Source: Pseudogymnoascus verrucosus
Lineage: Eukaryota
NCBI GenBank assembly: GCA_001662655.1
Contig: KV460235.1
Direction: 5' to 3' (one strand)
Length of the DNA: 64,000 nt
A model generated the notes under the pieces. It searched no databases. It saw nothing but the letters and a program-made list of their open reading frames with translations, and had not been told where the DNA came from. Made by a program: the position numbers and the translations under genes. Below, piece by piece: positions 35,671 through 47,969 of the stretch (positions within the stretch are counted from its first letter, which is position 1; the number at the start of each line of letters is the position of its first letter).

Positions 35671-38016
35671 CTATACCACCCCCAGTCTCCCCATCCCCCC
35701 TACCAACCCCTCAACCCCAGCAGCGTCCCCCGCCCCAAAGAAAGAAAGCACACGTCTTCGTATACCATCCAGCATACCACCCAGCACGCCAGTACTGAGT
35801 CGCGACGGTGGTGCCACCAAGTTCGCAGGTATGGTTTTTGTTGGGGAGGTAGGGGTGCACGCACAGAGCGCAGTCGCAGTCGCAGGTACAGCCGTACTGA
35901 CGGTGCATGAGCACAGCGCCACTGGCTTCCGGACCGCCTTGTGCCTATCCCTGCATTCTCCAAGTCCATCTTCCCCAGACGCGGCAGCGGGGGGGGAATA
36001 TGGTGTTGAGACTGAGGAAGAGGCGATGTAGCGCGCAACGGCGGCGTGGAGCTGGGTGGTTCGATCCGGCGATACCGAGGATGCGAATGCAGACGGCGAG
36101 GAAGAAACAAGGTTTCGCGCAACGGCGGCGTGGAGCTGGATGTTTCGTTCCGATGGGACCGACGGTGCGGACGCAGACGGTGGCGAAGAAACAAGGTAGT
36201 TCGCAACGGCGGCGTGACGTTGGGTGGTTTGATCCAACGATACCGAGGGTGCGGATGTAGTCGGAGAGGAAGAGACCAGGGAGCGCGCAACGGCGGCTCG
36301 AAGTTGCGTGTCTCGTTCCAATGGGACCGAGGATGCGGACGCAGATGGGAGTCTGTGACTACCAGTAGCTAAGTCCCTTCGTGAGTCTCGGAGCACCTTG
36401 AGGTACTCCAAGCGTTGGTGTTGGTTAGCAGCCATGGCTTGAGCCATGGCGTGAGACGGGGGCAAATCGCCTTCGTCGGAGACGCGCAGGTCAGTAATAT
36501 ACGGAACTGCGTGCGCTATCGGATTGGCGCGCGATGTCGGCGCGCGAATCTGCTTCGATGTTACGCGTGTCTGGCGACGTGGCGTCGTGGACGTCGTGTT
36601 CGGTGGTACGGCCCATGGAACTGGATCTGGATCAGATGGGTCGTCGACTATGCCATCGCTACTCTGGCGCTGGAGCGTCGGGGTAGCGGTGCGCGGATCG
36701 TGCGTCGGACTGCTGGAGTCGGATTGTAAGTTGTCCCATAACGTGCCGCATAACGTGCCGTTGACAACGAGCTCGCTGGCATGGACGCTGCGGTCCCTAA
36801 AGAGATCCAGCTCGGGACTCCTACTACTACCACCTATCTCACTAGATGATGACGTCGGGCTTAGATCGCGAACGCGTTCCAGCCCGCCAAGGACGTGCGA
36901 GGAGTCAGTCTGTCCGGATGGCGACGTCGAAGACGACGATGCCTGGGTCCTGGCAGACGACTCGCCCACCGACGCTTGGGCTGATGACAGAGATACATCC
37001 GCTTCTCCGCCGTTGAAGTACGATGATAGCACAAAGTCATCGTACCATGCCCCGCCCTCGAAGCCACGTGGTTGTACATTCGGCCTGTCTTGAACATGTG
37101 GGAAGAAGTTGTCAGCTGACGCGGGCGCCGGCGCGAAGAAGTCCTCGTCCAGCGCATCGAAATCGAGAAGGTCCGACGGGAAGAGTCCCGGAACATTGCT
37201 GTTCTCCGCCAGTAGCTGGTCCGATGTGAATCCCCAATCTCCGGGCACGAAGTCTCCCGCCGGAAGAGCGAAGCTCCATGCTAAATCGGCCGCGGCCATC
37301 GGAGCCTGCGACGCCGGGCTGAACGACTGCCCGAAGCTGGTCTGCGGGGAGATGCTCGCGCGCGATCCCGGAGACGTCGAAGCGGACGCGGATCCGCTGC
37401 TCTGCCACGGCGAGCTGACCGAGCTGGCGTTCTGCGACGATGAGGCGGACATCGGCGCCGGGCGGTGGTGCGAGGGCTCGCACTTTTGCTTGCTGCGCTT
37501 GCATGCTGGGCAGGCGCCGAGCTTGCGCATCTTGGCGGCCTGCTCGCGCTGCGCCTTGGTCTTGGGACCGCGCGATTGGTTGTTGGTGATGTCAACGCCG
37601 TCGGCGGTCATGATGGAGAAGCCGGGGAGGCGCTTTGCGGGGCTGGCGGAAGCAGCGGAGGAGAGCGAGGAGATGGAGCGCTTGCTTGATTTGGAGGAGA
37701 GGGAGGAGGTGGTGGATGGAGAGAAGGAGGTGGTAGGCGCGAAGGCGGGGGAGTACGGCTTTGCGGCGAACTCGGGCGTGCTGGTCGCGACGAGGTAGGT
37801 GCGGCAGAAGGGCGCGGGCATGGTGGATGCAGCGGCCGTGTCAAAGAAGTCGAGGGCAATGGTCGCGCGCTTCTGCTGCAGGTTCGCGGGGCCTGGGATG
37901 TAGGCGTCCACGAGGCGGTCGTGCTCGACGGTGCCGACGGCGGGCTCCCAGATCAGCGGCGAGCCAAGCTCAAGCTGCGTGATGGTGAAGATTTGGAGGG
38001 GGGCCTGATGTTCCAT
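35671..38016 (-). CDS. Putative transcription factor with an atypical Zn-cluster-like motif and C-terminal repeats
   Basis: Long open frame, first ATG at 38016 (MEHQAP); basic REQAAKMRKLGACPACKRSKQKCEPSHH motif; Ser-rich and acidic-aromatic regions. Confidence 0.65.
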   Translation of the reverse strand: MEHQAPLQIFTITQLELGSPLIWEPAVGTVEHDRLVDAYIPGPANLQQKRATIALDFFDTAAASTMPAPFCRTYLVATSTPEFAAKPYSPAFAPTTSFSPSTTSSLSSKSSKRSISSLSSAASASPAKRLPGFSIMTADGVDITNNQSRGPKTKAQREQAAKMRKLGACPACKRSKQKCEPSHHRPAPMSASSSQNASSVSSPWQSSGSASASTSPGSRASISPQTSFGQSFSPASQAPMAAADLAWSFALPAGDFVPGDWGFTSDQLLAENSNVPGLFPSDLLDFDALDEDFFAPAPASADNFFPHVQDRPNVQPRGFEGGAWYDDFVLSSYFNGGEADVSLSSAQASVGESSARTQASSSSTSPSGQTDSSHVLGGLERVRDLSPTSSSSEIGGSSRSPELDLFRDRSVHASELVVNGTLCGTLWDNLQSDSSSPTHDPRTATPTLQRQSSDGIVDDPSDPDPVPWAVPPNTTSTTPRRQTRVTSKQIRAPTSRANPIAHAVPYITDLRVSDEGDLPPSHAMAQAMAANQHQRLEYLKVLRDSRRDLATGSHRLPSASASSVPLERDTQLRAAVARSLVSSSPTTSAPSVSLDQTTQRHAAVANYLVSSPPSASAPSVPSERNIQLHAAVARNLVSSSPSAFASSVSPDRTTQLHAAVARYIASSSVSTPYSPPAAASGEDGLGECRDRHKAVRKPVALCSCTVSTAVPATATALCACTPTSPTKTIPANLVAPPSRLSTGVLGGMLDGIRRRVLSFFGAGDAAGVEGLVGGMGRLGVV
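36025..36345 (-). repeat. About 84-bp (28-aa) coding tandem repeat, roughly 3.7 copies
   Basis: SVPLERDTQLRAAVARSLVSSSPTTSAP / SVSLDQTTQRHAAVANYLVSSPPSASAP / SVPSERNIQLHAAVARNLVSSSPSAFAS / SVSPDRTTQLHAAVARYIASSS; DNA core cgcaacggcggc recurs. Confidence 0.85.
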
Positions 38017-39544
38017 TGGAAGTGATTTCTCGAGGTTTATTGGGAGAAGAATAGCGTTGTGCGCGGGGAGGGAATGCGCGAGAGCATGCAATTGAAAGTA
38101 GTAGTTGCTGCTGCCTCAAGTCTTACGGTACGTTGTAAAAATATAGTACGTAGACGAGGTCTTGAAAAACTGGAAAAGCAGACTCGTAGCTGTAATGGAG
38201 CTTACGTTTGTCGCTGGGAGTAGATAAAAATATCACTCGTAGTCGTTGATTGTCGTATAATGTGGAAAAAGATAAGAAGAGAAAAAAGAGGCCATCAGGC
38301 AGACAGTGGGAAACTCTCACATTATGAGGTCTCGATGTCTGGGGCGGGGTGGGCGGAGGGGTGGGCAGAGCAAGGTTTGGACTGGGGTTTGGGTGGTCGG
38401 ATGGTGAGAGGATGGGAGTGGATGGAGAGGATGGAGTGGATGGAGTGATGAATCGTGAATCGTGATTCGTTGGCTACGGCAAGACGAAAGAGGAATCGGC
38501 GAGGGAAGAGAGGGTAGACTACTCTAAGCCACTGTCAATTCTAACTGGGGGGGTAGGGGGAGTATGTAGTTGGAAGTATTTTTAGAGAGATTACAGGGCG
38601 GGATGTGGTGTCAAAGTTCGCTAAGAATACTTAGAGGTACTTCTATCATGCCACAGTGTGGGGTCATCTAGAGGATCTAAAAAGGAAGCTTGCACGGCCT
38701 TGCACATAATTTACACGCTTGCACAGCCTTCGGGAAGGAGAGAAGAGTCATCCAGATGAGACAGACACGAGATGGCGCCTGAGAGTGCGTGCAGACACAG
38801 CCAGGAAACATGGCCAGGGATGAGAAACCAACATACCACTAACGTACCAGCACTACTGTAGCTTACACTTGCCATTGCCCAATAATGGGATGCCAATGCG
38901 GCGATACCGTCTATCGATCTGCCTGTAGCGCCAGATTGGGGGTTGACTCATCAGTCATGGGGAGATTTGAAGATGGGGGTGGTTGACGTGGTTGACGTGA
39001 CGGGGTCAAATCGATGTCGTCTGGATTCCTGAAAGAGCGGGAGCGAGGGAAGGAGAGGGAGGGAGAGGGAAGGGCGAGGCTTCTGTATTTATTGTATAGT
39101 AAAAAGGGGTGTGCCAATTCTAGATTTTGAAGTATCACCAGCCCCTACCTAACATTGTATCACGATTCGGATATCCCCGCCCAGATCTCCTTACACTAGC
39201 ACGCTCCTATCTTTCCCCAAACCACGGCACGGGAGGAAGGGAGGCCAGTTCTTGGCTCTAAATAACTCCATATGGCTCCAACAAGGTATTACAGAGCAGA
39301 TAAACCTCTTTCCTCTTTTCTCACTAACACAGTCCAAACTATCCCAGCCATCCCATCCGCCATGGAGGGGCGCGGAGCGGGAGCGGGAGCAAACGACACA
39401 ATACTATAGTAAAAGGGGTATGCCATGGCTTAACTCTAAATAACTCCATGCAGCTCTAGCAAGCTGCAGCCCTAACAAGGTATAACATATCATAATCCCA
39501 TCCGAATCTCTCGCCGGTACCACTAACTCGCACACTCCAACCCA

Positions 39545-41440
39545 TCAACACCCTCCCTCCCCATCCCCCTTCCCCCACCTCTCCGCCACCCACTCAACCA
39601 ACATACTCGTAAACCCCCTCCCACCCTCCCACTCCTGCACATCCCCCTTCTCATACCCCCTCCCCGCAAACCGCAGCGCAAGCAGTATCCACGGCTCCAC
39701 GAAATCAACAAACACCACATCCACCGCCTCCGGCTCCGGCACCCCCACGTCAGTCGGGAACCCCATCCGCGACTCCACGACGTTCGGGACGCGATAGAAC
39801 GACAGAGGCGCGTGCGCTGTGTCGTCCCCGTCTTTCCCGCCATCGTCGCTGGTCGTGTAGCCCGGGATCAGTGGCACCTCATCCTCCCTTCCGCCTCCTA
39901 ACGGCATCTGCGCTCCGCCGCGCGACGAGTGCGTCGCAGTTTCCTCGGCGACGGTGTCAGACTGCACGCCCATCTGCTGAGGTGGCGCGAGTCTCCACTC
40001 CTCGAGCGACCCAGAGTCAGCAGCGAAAACATGCCCCCCCGCGTTGATGAGGGGGAGCACCTTCTTCGCGGCCTCCCATGGCACGTCGCGGATGACGCGG
40101 AAGGAGTTGTCGAAGGGGGAGATGAGGTAGGTGGTGTCCTTCGTGAAAGTCCCCTTGAAGATGTCGAAGCGGAGGCCACCGGTGTTGAAGATGGCTATGC
40201 GGGGTTTTGAGGGGGGGTCGGTTGGAGTGAGGATGTCCGGCAGGATCGAGTCGACGAGGAGGCTGAAGATACTTGTGGGGCTGGGGTAGGGCGTGCGGTT
40301 CACCCAGAAGTCTTGCGGTGCGCATCCGAAGACTTTGTCTAATTTCATAGACTTGCGCGCCGAGGCGATGGCGAGGGAGGCGTTCATACCGCGCTCAGTA
40401 GGGAAGGTGGATGCGTTCAGTCCGGTGTGGTGATGGTATCCGAAGAGGTTATTATCGATATACCGTCTCTGGAACTTCATCCCCCTCTCCGCATCCACCT
40501 CCTTCCCCCCAATCTTAATCCCATCCACCGACATCCACCCCACCGTCTCCATATACCGCCCGCTCTGCAGCGCATACGCCTTATCATCCAGCTTAGCAAA
40601 ATCGCGAACATGGCTGTGCCCGCTGAAGAACTGAATCGGGGTGTCCCAATTCTGGCTCCGGATGGCGGAGAAGACGGCCTGGTATTCGGGGGAGTGCGGG
40701 GGCACGTGCCCGATCACCACGAAGATGTCGACGTGCTCGCGGATCGCCTGCTGGAACCACGGCTCCTTCACTGTGTCCTCGACGCGCTGCACGAAGGTGT
40801 TGTGCGCGTTGCCGGTGAAGTCGAAGAGGAACCCGAAGGCGAGGACGTGGATCCCTTGGTTCTTGGTCTTGAATTGTCGGTACCGCCGCGAGAGGGGCAC
40901 GCGCTGCCCGGTCGTGGGGTGCAGGATGTCGATGTTGGAGGCGATGTACTGCTCGGGGAAGGCGGCGACGGTCTCGTTGTACTCTCGCTCTGAGGTGGGG
41001 ATTTTGTAGAGTTCGTGGTTGCCGGAGCAGAGGATATCGATATCTTGTCGTTGGAGTATGTTGTTGGTGTATAAACCCTTCGGGGCAGATCCATCGTACA
41101 GCCCGTTGCCGTCTACTCTGTCGCCTGTGTCGACGACTAGTAGATCAACGCCCCGTCTGTCGGCATCTGCCCGCATATGCTCTGTGAAAGATATGTAGTC
41201 TCCCCAGTCGGCCGAGTATTGGGATCTAGTAACCTGTTAGTCAAAGGCCGTGAAAGGCAATCAAGAGTCATACTCTTGTAAATGGCCTCCCAGCCACCCA
41301 TGGGTATCCGTCGTAGCTAGGAAGTTCAGTTGCCCCCAAGGCAGCTCCCTCATGGGTGCCGCAACCGGCTTTGGAGCAGAAGGTTGCGAACCGTCTACCC
41401 CCAAGGCCAGAAGCCCTGCTAATAATATTAATGGTTGCAT
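39545..41440 (-). CDS. Secreted or vacuolar calcineurin-like metallophosphoesterase (5'-nucleotidase family)
   Basis: Signal peptide [39 protein letters not shown] and GHSH motifs; intron 41226-41273. Confidence 0.88.
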
Positions 41441-41574
41441 GGTCATCAGTGTGGAAGTTGTTTGTGACTGTTGGACGTTGGGAGCTCGAGGTCCTTATCG
41501 GATACCCACAGCGGTTACGGTGATCGGCGTTCGGAGAATTGTTCCGGCGAGGCTTCACGACGAGGCTTTCGGCC

Positions 41575-43335
41575 ATGACTGAAGCTCCAAGTAGGCCCTA
41601 CCTTCTCGACAACCACCTCGTATGGGATCACGGATATCTGAAGAGGTTGTGGCGGTGGCCAAATCTGGATGGAAGAGAGGGGCCCGCAACTCCCCTTACA
41701 AAGCTAGATTCAAGAAAGGGCCCCGCGACTCCTCTTCCAATGCCTTCATCCGCCAGGAGAAATCCTTTCGACAATGGAAGATATGTACGAGCCCTCCCCC
41801 CCAGCACACATTCTCCGTCGCTAACCAGCCCAGATCGCCCTACGATACTCCCCAATAGATTCAGGATACTCGCCGTGAAGGACAATATCTCCACAACATC
41901 CTTTGAAACGACCTGCGCCTCCAACTTTCTCAGAGACTATGAGCCCCCATTCGATGCCGATGTCATCAAAACTTTGTACAAGCGGGGCGGCGCGGCGGTC
42001 GGCAGCAAAACGAACATGGACGAATTCGGCATGGGTTCTCACTCAGTTAACTCTCACTACGGCGCCGTCACAAACTCCCCGCCATTCGAGGCGTATTCTG
42101 CCGGCGGCAGCTCTGGCGGTAGCGCACAAGCCGTAGCAAGCGGCTCCTTCCAGGCCGCTCTAGGAACAGACACTGGTGGCTCGGTCCGACTCCCCGCTGC
42201 GTACAGCGGCGTCACTGGCCTCAAGCCCTCCTACGGCCGCATCTCTCGTCACGGCGTAATCCCTTACGCCCATAGCCTCGACACCGTAGGCCTCTTCTGC
42301 AAAGACCCAGAGGAGATGACCGCATTCCTGATCGCCAGCCAGGATCTACGCACCCGCGACCCTACAACCCCAACAGAGCCCGCCACCAAGCGCATGACCG
42401 ATGCCATCCGCCGTGAAGAAGCACGCCTCGGCCGCTGGCCCGTGACAGACACCAAGCCCCTCCGCATCGGCGTGCCCGCCGAATACAACATCGCCGAGCT
42501 CTCCCCCGCCGTCCGCCACACCTGGCAACGCACCCTCGATACCCTCCGCTCCCACGGCCACACCATTGTCCCCGTCTCCCTACCCTCCACCAAGCACGCT
42601 CTGAGCGCCTACTACATCATCGCCGCCGCCGAGGCCTCCTCCAACCTCGCCAAGTTCGACGGCGTCCGCTACGGCTCCCGCGAAGACGCCTCCGACAACC
42701 CCACCGGCGTCCTCTACGCCTCCACCCGCGGCGCAGGCTTCGGCGACGAAGTCCGCCGCCGCATCCTCCTCGGCACTTACTCCCTCAGCGCCTCCGCCAT
42801 GGACAACTTCTTCGTGCAGGCCCAGCGGGTGCGCCGCCTCGTCCAGCGCGACTTCGACCGCGTCTTCGCCATGCCGAATCCCCTGCACCCCGAAAATCAA
42901 TTCGATCTCGCCGACATGCCCGAGACGACGGAAATGGACAGCAAGCTCGGCCCCGCGGAGGTCGACGTGCTGGTCGTCCCGACGGCGCCGACGCTGCCGC
43001 CGTTGCTAAAGGACGTGAAGTCCCAGGGCTCGCTCGCGGGCTACACCAACGATGTGTTTACAGTCCCCGCGTCGCTGGCGGGGCTGCCGGCGATATCGGT
43101 GCCGGTGCCGATCGCGAAGGAGGCGAGGGAGGAGGGCAACGTGGGGTTCGTGGGCATGCAGGTTATTGGGCAGTATTTTGACGATTTTCATGTTATTAAT
43201 GTAGGGACCATGGTCGCGGCGGGGGTGAGGTGGCCGTCGAGGCTGGAGAAGCTACAGGAGAAGTGGAGGATACAGAGGGAAAATGCAGCGAGGAACTATG
43301 AGTTTAGGAGACCGGTAGGGTTTGGTGACAAGTAA
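41575..43335 (+). CDS. HER2: Glutamyl-tRNA(Gln) amidotransferase subunit A, mitochondrial (start uncertain)
   Basis: AVKDNI, KTNMDEFGMGS, GGSSGGSA, GTDTGGSVRLPA, SSNLAKFDGVRYG and GFGDEVRRRILLGTY GatA motifs. Confidence 0.88.
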   Translation: MTEAPSRPYLLDNHLVWDHGYLKRLWRWPNLDGREGPATPLTKLDSRKGPATPLPMPSSARRNPFDNGRYVRALPPSTHSPSLTSPDRPTILPNRFRILAVKDNISTTSFETTCASNFLRDYEPPFDADVIKTLYKRGGAAVGSKTNMDEFGMGSHSVNSHYGAVTNSPPFEAYSAGGSSGGSAQAVASGSFQAALGTDTGGSVRLPAAYSGVTGLKPSYGRISRHGVIPYAHSLDTVGLFCKDPEEMTAFLIASQDLRTRDPTTPTEPATKRMTDAIRREEARLGRWPVTDTKPLRIGVPAEYNIAELSPAVRHTWQRTLDTLRSHGHTIVPVSLPSTKHALSAYYIIAAAEASSNLAKFDGVRYGSREDASDNPTGVLYASTRGAGFGDEVRRRILLGTYSLSASAMDNFFVQAQRVRRLVQRDFDRVFAMPNPLHPENQFDLADMPETTEMDSKLGPAEVDVLVVPTAPTLPPLLKDVKSQGSLAGYTNDVFTVPASLAGLPAISVPVPIAKEAREEGNVGFVGMQVIGQYFDDFHVINVGTMVAAGVRWPSRLEKLQEKWRIQRENAARNYEFRRPVGFGDK

Positions 43336-43714
43336 GGGAGGTACGTGCTGAGGATCCGAGGCGTGAATATATCTGGGTCTAAGTTGAAAGTCAAGACTGG
43401 AGAAGACGGAATATTTGTAAATAGATGTAAGACTAAGCAAAGCGGATAGACGAAGATACCCGTTCGCCTTTAACCAACCATACGAGGGTCATCCACCGGG
43501 CTCTAATATAGACAAAAATATACAACTGAAGAGGCTCTATTGTTAGGAAATGTATATGAAACATCCATCTACACAATCTAATCTAAAGTCATCCCCTCAT
43601 CTGATATCGTATCATCTTCACAACGTGACCATTGTTTCATCCAGTAACTTCTGGCATTCGCTAAGCAAAACCAGTGCAAACAGCAGCAGTGCAAGTATCA
43701 GAGCATTATGACCT

Positions 43715-45103
43715 CTAAGCAAGAGTCTTGGCCTCTCCCTCCTGGAGCTTGCCAGCAGCAACGAGCCTCTTAACCTCCTCAGACCAGACGCCCTTGATCT
43801 CGTCAGCGACCTTGAGGCCGTTGAGCTTGCCAGCAAGAGCCGCAATCTCATCGGCGTCAATCTTGCCCTGGATGAGGTCAACGTCGTTGAGCACGCCGTC
43901 AATAGCAGAGGCCGGGGCATCGCCAGAGACGAAGTAGTTGGCATCCTTGACTGAGCCCTTGAGGACACGCTTGTTCTTCTTAACAGCGTTCTTCGCGGCC
44001 TCCTTAGCCTTCTTGCCCTGCTCGCGCTCGGCCTTGGCGGCCTCCTCAGCCTTCAGTGCAGCCGCGGCCTCAGCCTCCTTCTGCGCCTTAGCCTCCTCAG
44101 CGGCCTTCTTCTCGGCAGCCTCACGCTCGATCTTCTTCTTGTTCTTGGTGGCGTTAGCCTCGTTGCGGAACTTCTTAATGCGCTCGTCCATGGCGGATGC
44201 GTCATCTAGCAGCTTGCGCAGGCGTGCGTTATCCTCGACCTTCTTCTTCTTGCGAGCGTTGTTGTTCTTGCGCTCCATGTGGCGCTTCTGGTCGCGGTTC
44301 TCGTTGTCATCAGGCACATCCTCGTCTTGGTACTCGAATGAGCGCCACGAGTCGAAGCTGTACCAGAAGTTGTAGAAGGTCTCGACCTCCTCCTTGGTGG
44401 AGTTCTCGTCACCAAGCCTGGGGACTGGCTGGGTCTTGGAGAAGCGGCCCTCGGCCTTGAAGACGGGGCTCCAGAGCTTGTAGAAGTTGCCGGCTTGGGT
44501 CTTCTTCTTGCTCGGGGGCTCGACATCGGCGCGCTCATCGACGGAGTCGAACTGGCGACGCTTCGTGGGGTCGAGGAGGACCTCGGTGGCCTTCTGGATG
44601 CACTTGAAGAAGCTGTCATCCTCGGTGGAGCCAGCGGCAGCCTTCTTATCTGGGTGATGGCGGAGAACCTTCTTGCGGTGGGCGCGCTTGATCTGGTCCT
44701 CAGAAGCCTTGTAGCGGTACTTGGAAAGACCAAGAACAGCGTAGTGATCTTGTTGCTAGGTGGTTGTTAGCACGAAGATCAATCCAACAAGTCAGATCCG
44801 GATAAAGCTTACCTTCCAGTCCTTGGCATCACGGAGGAGCATGGATGGGTCCTCAGGCTCACTGATCTCACCAGCATCATCATCCTCAACCTTCTTCACG
44901 CTGTTCTGGGCCTGGATGCGGTCATCCTCAGAGAAGGTGCGCTTGTGACGGGCACGACGGGCGTGGGCCAGGAAGTGTGGGCCGACAGGCTCAATGCTGC
45001 GGTCATTGGCACGGGACACAGTGCCGACGGCCTTGAAATCCTTGTCCGCAGCCCATCCGGATGGAAGGATTGGGAGGGGGAGGGAAACTTGTGCAACACT
45101 CAT
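43715..45103 (-). CDS. ZUO1: Zuotin, ribosome-associated J-protein
   Basis: IEPVGPHFLAHARR..RTFSEDDR; J-domain HHPDK; FDSWRSFEY; charged C-terminus; intron 44756-44812. Confidence 0.95.
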
Positions 45104-45327
45104 TTTGATGTCGATTGCTTGTTTTCACAGATCGTTGCTTTTGATAGATAAAAATCTCCGGGGTTGGAGTAGCCCACCAGAAAGAATTCGATTGTGGAGC
45201 CGGGTCGGAAAATCAGTAACGCCATGCGACCGACCCCTGTCAAGGCGTGGCGGAACGTCAAAAGTCTAGGTCGATAGGCGCAACTCGAACTTCCTGGCTA
45301 TAATCGAATTTACGGGGAAACTTAAGT

Positions 45328-45818
45328 ATGGCGCTTCAAGCTTATAGGCATTTATTGCGCTCAGCGCGGCTGGCATTTGAGGGTACGTAATCCTCTTCAC
45401 CGGCTGCTTACAATGTTTGCTTACAATTGCCACAGGAGACACCCATCTACTCCACGCCGCCCAAGCTCAGGCACGCGGTGCATTCCGGGAGAACGCATCA
45501 CTTGCTCCAGAAGATCCTCTTGCGGTGAAGGCTATTACACATGCAAAAGAGGTATCTGCGATCTTGAGAGAGAACATTGTGCAGGGGAAGAACGTTGGCG
45601 ACAACAAGTACAGTATGTGTCTCTTCCATTTACACCTGCGCCAATTATTGCGTCCCGCGCCTTCTTAAAGTCCTGTCTATGCGGATTTCTTTGTACGGGA
45701 GCTAACTATAGTCGCAGAATTACGGATACACGCGGAAACGGAGAGGGGCGATAACGATTCGATCAAAATGCCGAACGGACAGAAGGTCAAGATTGAGGGC
45801 AAGAAGTGCTGCTCATAA
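45328..45818 (+). CDS. MZM1: LYR-motif complex III assembly factor Mzm1/LYRM7
   Basis: [20 protein letters not shown]...ILRENIVQG...[17 protein letters not shown]; introns 45383-45435 and 45613-45717. Confidence 0.88.
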
Positions 45819-46765
45819 CAGATGCCTATGGGTGTATGAATATGTATTATAGAGGGGCAAATATACTTCGAGAAGAAACTGAAATTTGTGCTTATCAACT
45901 GCCCTTATAGCTTTGCTGTGGCCGGATTCTGCTCCCGGGTTATAAATCCAGCGCTTCTTTGCGCCTCAGCTGATGCCGTCTCATCTGCACTTCTATTCAA
46001 CTTGTCTCCTACGTCAGTTTGCGCACAAACCTTGCCATGGGATCACTCATCATCAGGTTGTGGCCCGTCATTAACTCTGGTTCCTAGTTGCGATCTTGCT
46101 CCAAAGCGGAGGGAGACCAGGCGCCAAACCAGCCACACGAACTATCCAGTGGCTATCACAGCCCATATACCCCAGACTTTCCCAAGGCCTTAAGTGCCCA
46201 TATCCAGCGTACGTAGAACAGGTGGAGAAACCTGAAATATAAGCAACTAAATAGAGGATTGAAGTGTAGAAATATTCAAGGTCAAGGAGACATGTAATTC
46301 CTATAACGGGTTTCGTATAATGCCAGTGAAATGAAACGGTTCTATCTTCCATATTTTAAGTTCCTATAAGCACTAGATACATTGCGAGAGATACAAACTA
46401 GTTTCTAATAATTTATTTATAATTATAAATATAAGTGGTGTAATATTATTTTGGGACCATCATAAATACCAAACTAAGGTAGGCTTGGTTGCAAATTGAT
46501 CGCTGTAATTTATTGGAGTTGCTAAAATATGAATATCAAACGAATTAATCTGTTAGAAAGCCTACTATTATAATAGATACCATTATATTTATCACTATTT
46601 TCAATCGACAATGTGATGTAAACGCGATATCACGTGACTAGATTTATAATGACATAAATCGCTGGTTTAGCTCGAGGCTGAGGCCTCACATAGAATTCGA
46701 GTGTTGTGCCATCTTTCCGCCACCTCTCTCCTCAACATCACTACGAACAGTCCACAACCATAACG

Positions 46766-47969
46766 ATGCCTCCCCAAATTAAACAAGATCTGAACCGCTC
46801 TGGGTGGGAGACAACTGATTTTCCGTCAGTTTGCGAAAATGTATGTCATACACTGTGCCTCTCCCAAAAGAAACCACAAGCTAACAGTGCCACCACAGTG
46901 TCTTCCAGAGAACCCTTTTGTCCAGATGCTCAAACAAGATTACTCAGCCGAATGCAAACTATGCACCCGCCCATTCACTGTCTTCACCTGGAAAACCGAT
47001 CGAACTTCGCGCTCAAAGTCCACCGGTATCTGCCTCACATGCGCCCGACTGAAGAACTGCTGCCAGTGCTGTATGCTCGATCTGTCGTTCGGCCTGCCGA
47101 TCGTTGTTCGCGATGCGGCGCTCAAGATGATCGCGCCCGGCCCACAAAGCGCCGTCAACAGAGAGTTCTTCGCGCAGAACCACGAGAGGGATATTGAGGA
47201 GGGGAGGGGCGAGGCGCTGGAGGAATACGAGAAGACAGATGACAAGGCGAGGGAGCTACTGAGGAGGTTGGCGAACAGCGAGCCGTATTTCAAGAAGCAA
47301 AGACGAATCGCACCAGTTGAAGGAGAGGGCAGCGCTGCGGCGTCTGGTTCTGGTGGCGGTGCAGGAGAACAAAGTCAACGCTCTGGGCCTGGACCAATAC
47401 GCACACAACGCGGGGGAGCCGCTGCTCGTGGAGGTGTACGCGGAGGAAGAGGAGGTGGGAGAGGCGGCCGTTTCCCTTCTGCGGCGGTACTGCCTCCAAC
47501 CCAAGCCGACATCGCACCTCCTTCCGACACCGCCATCACCTCCCTATTCGTGACTGGCATCGAAGACGACCTCCCAGAACACAAGATCCGGGACTTCTTT
47601 ACTGCCTATGGCAAGCTACGGAGTTTAGTATGTTCACACATGAGCCATTGCGCGTTTGTCAACTACGCCGAAAGGCAGGGAGCAGAAGCAGCTGCCCTGG
47701 CGCTACAGGGGAAAGCTGTCATCGCAGGATGCCCGTTACGTGTTCAATGGGGTCGACCGAGGCCGATTGGGACGATGGATAGAGACGAGAGGTCGGCTAC
47801 GGGGAGAGAGGGCAGGAGCGCGTTTGCCAACGCTGGCCGACAAGCTGTGGAGCAGAGCCAGGAGGTGCAGGCAGTGCGGCGGCAAAATGATGATTTGGCT
47901 AACATGGCTGTCGTGGCTGCGCCGCCGGGAGCTGACGATGTGAATTATGCTAGTCTGGCAGGAAACTGA
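46766..47969 (+). CDS. SLT11: Pre-mRNA splicing factor Slt11/Ecm2 (RBM22 family)
   Basis: [32 protein letters not shown]; Zn fingers CLTCARLKNCCQCCMLDL; RRM; intron 46841-46898. Confidence 0.93.
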
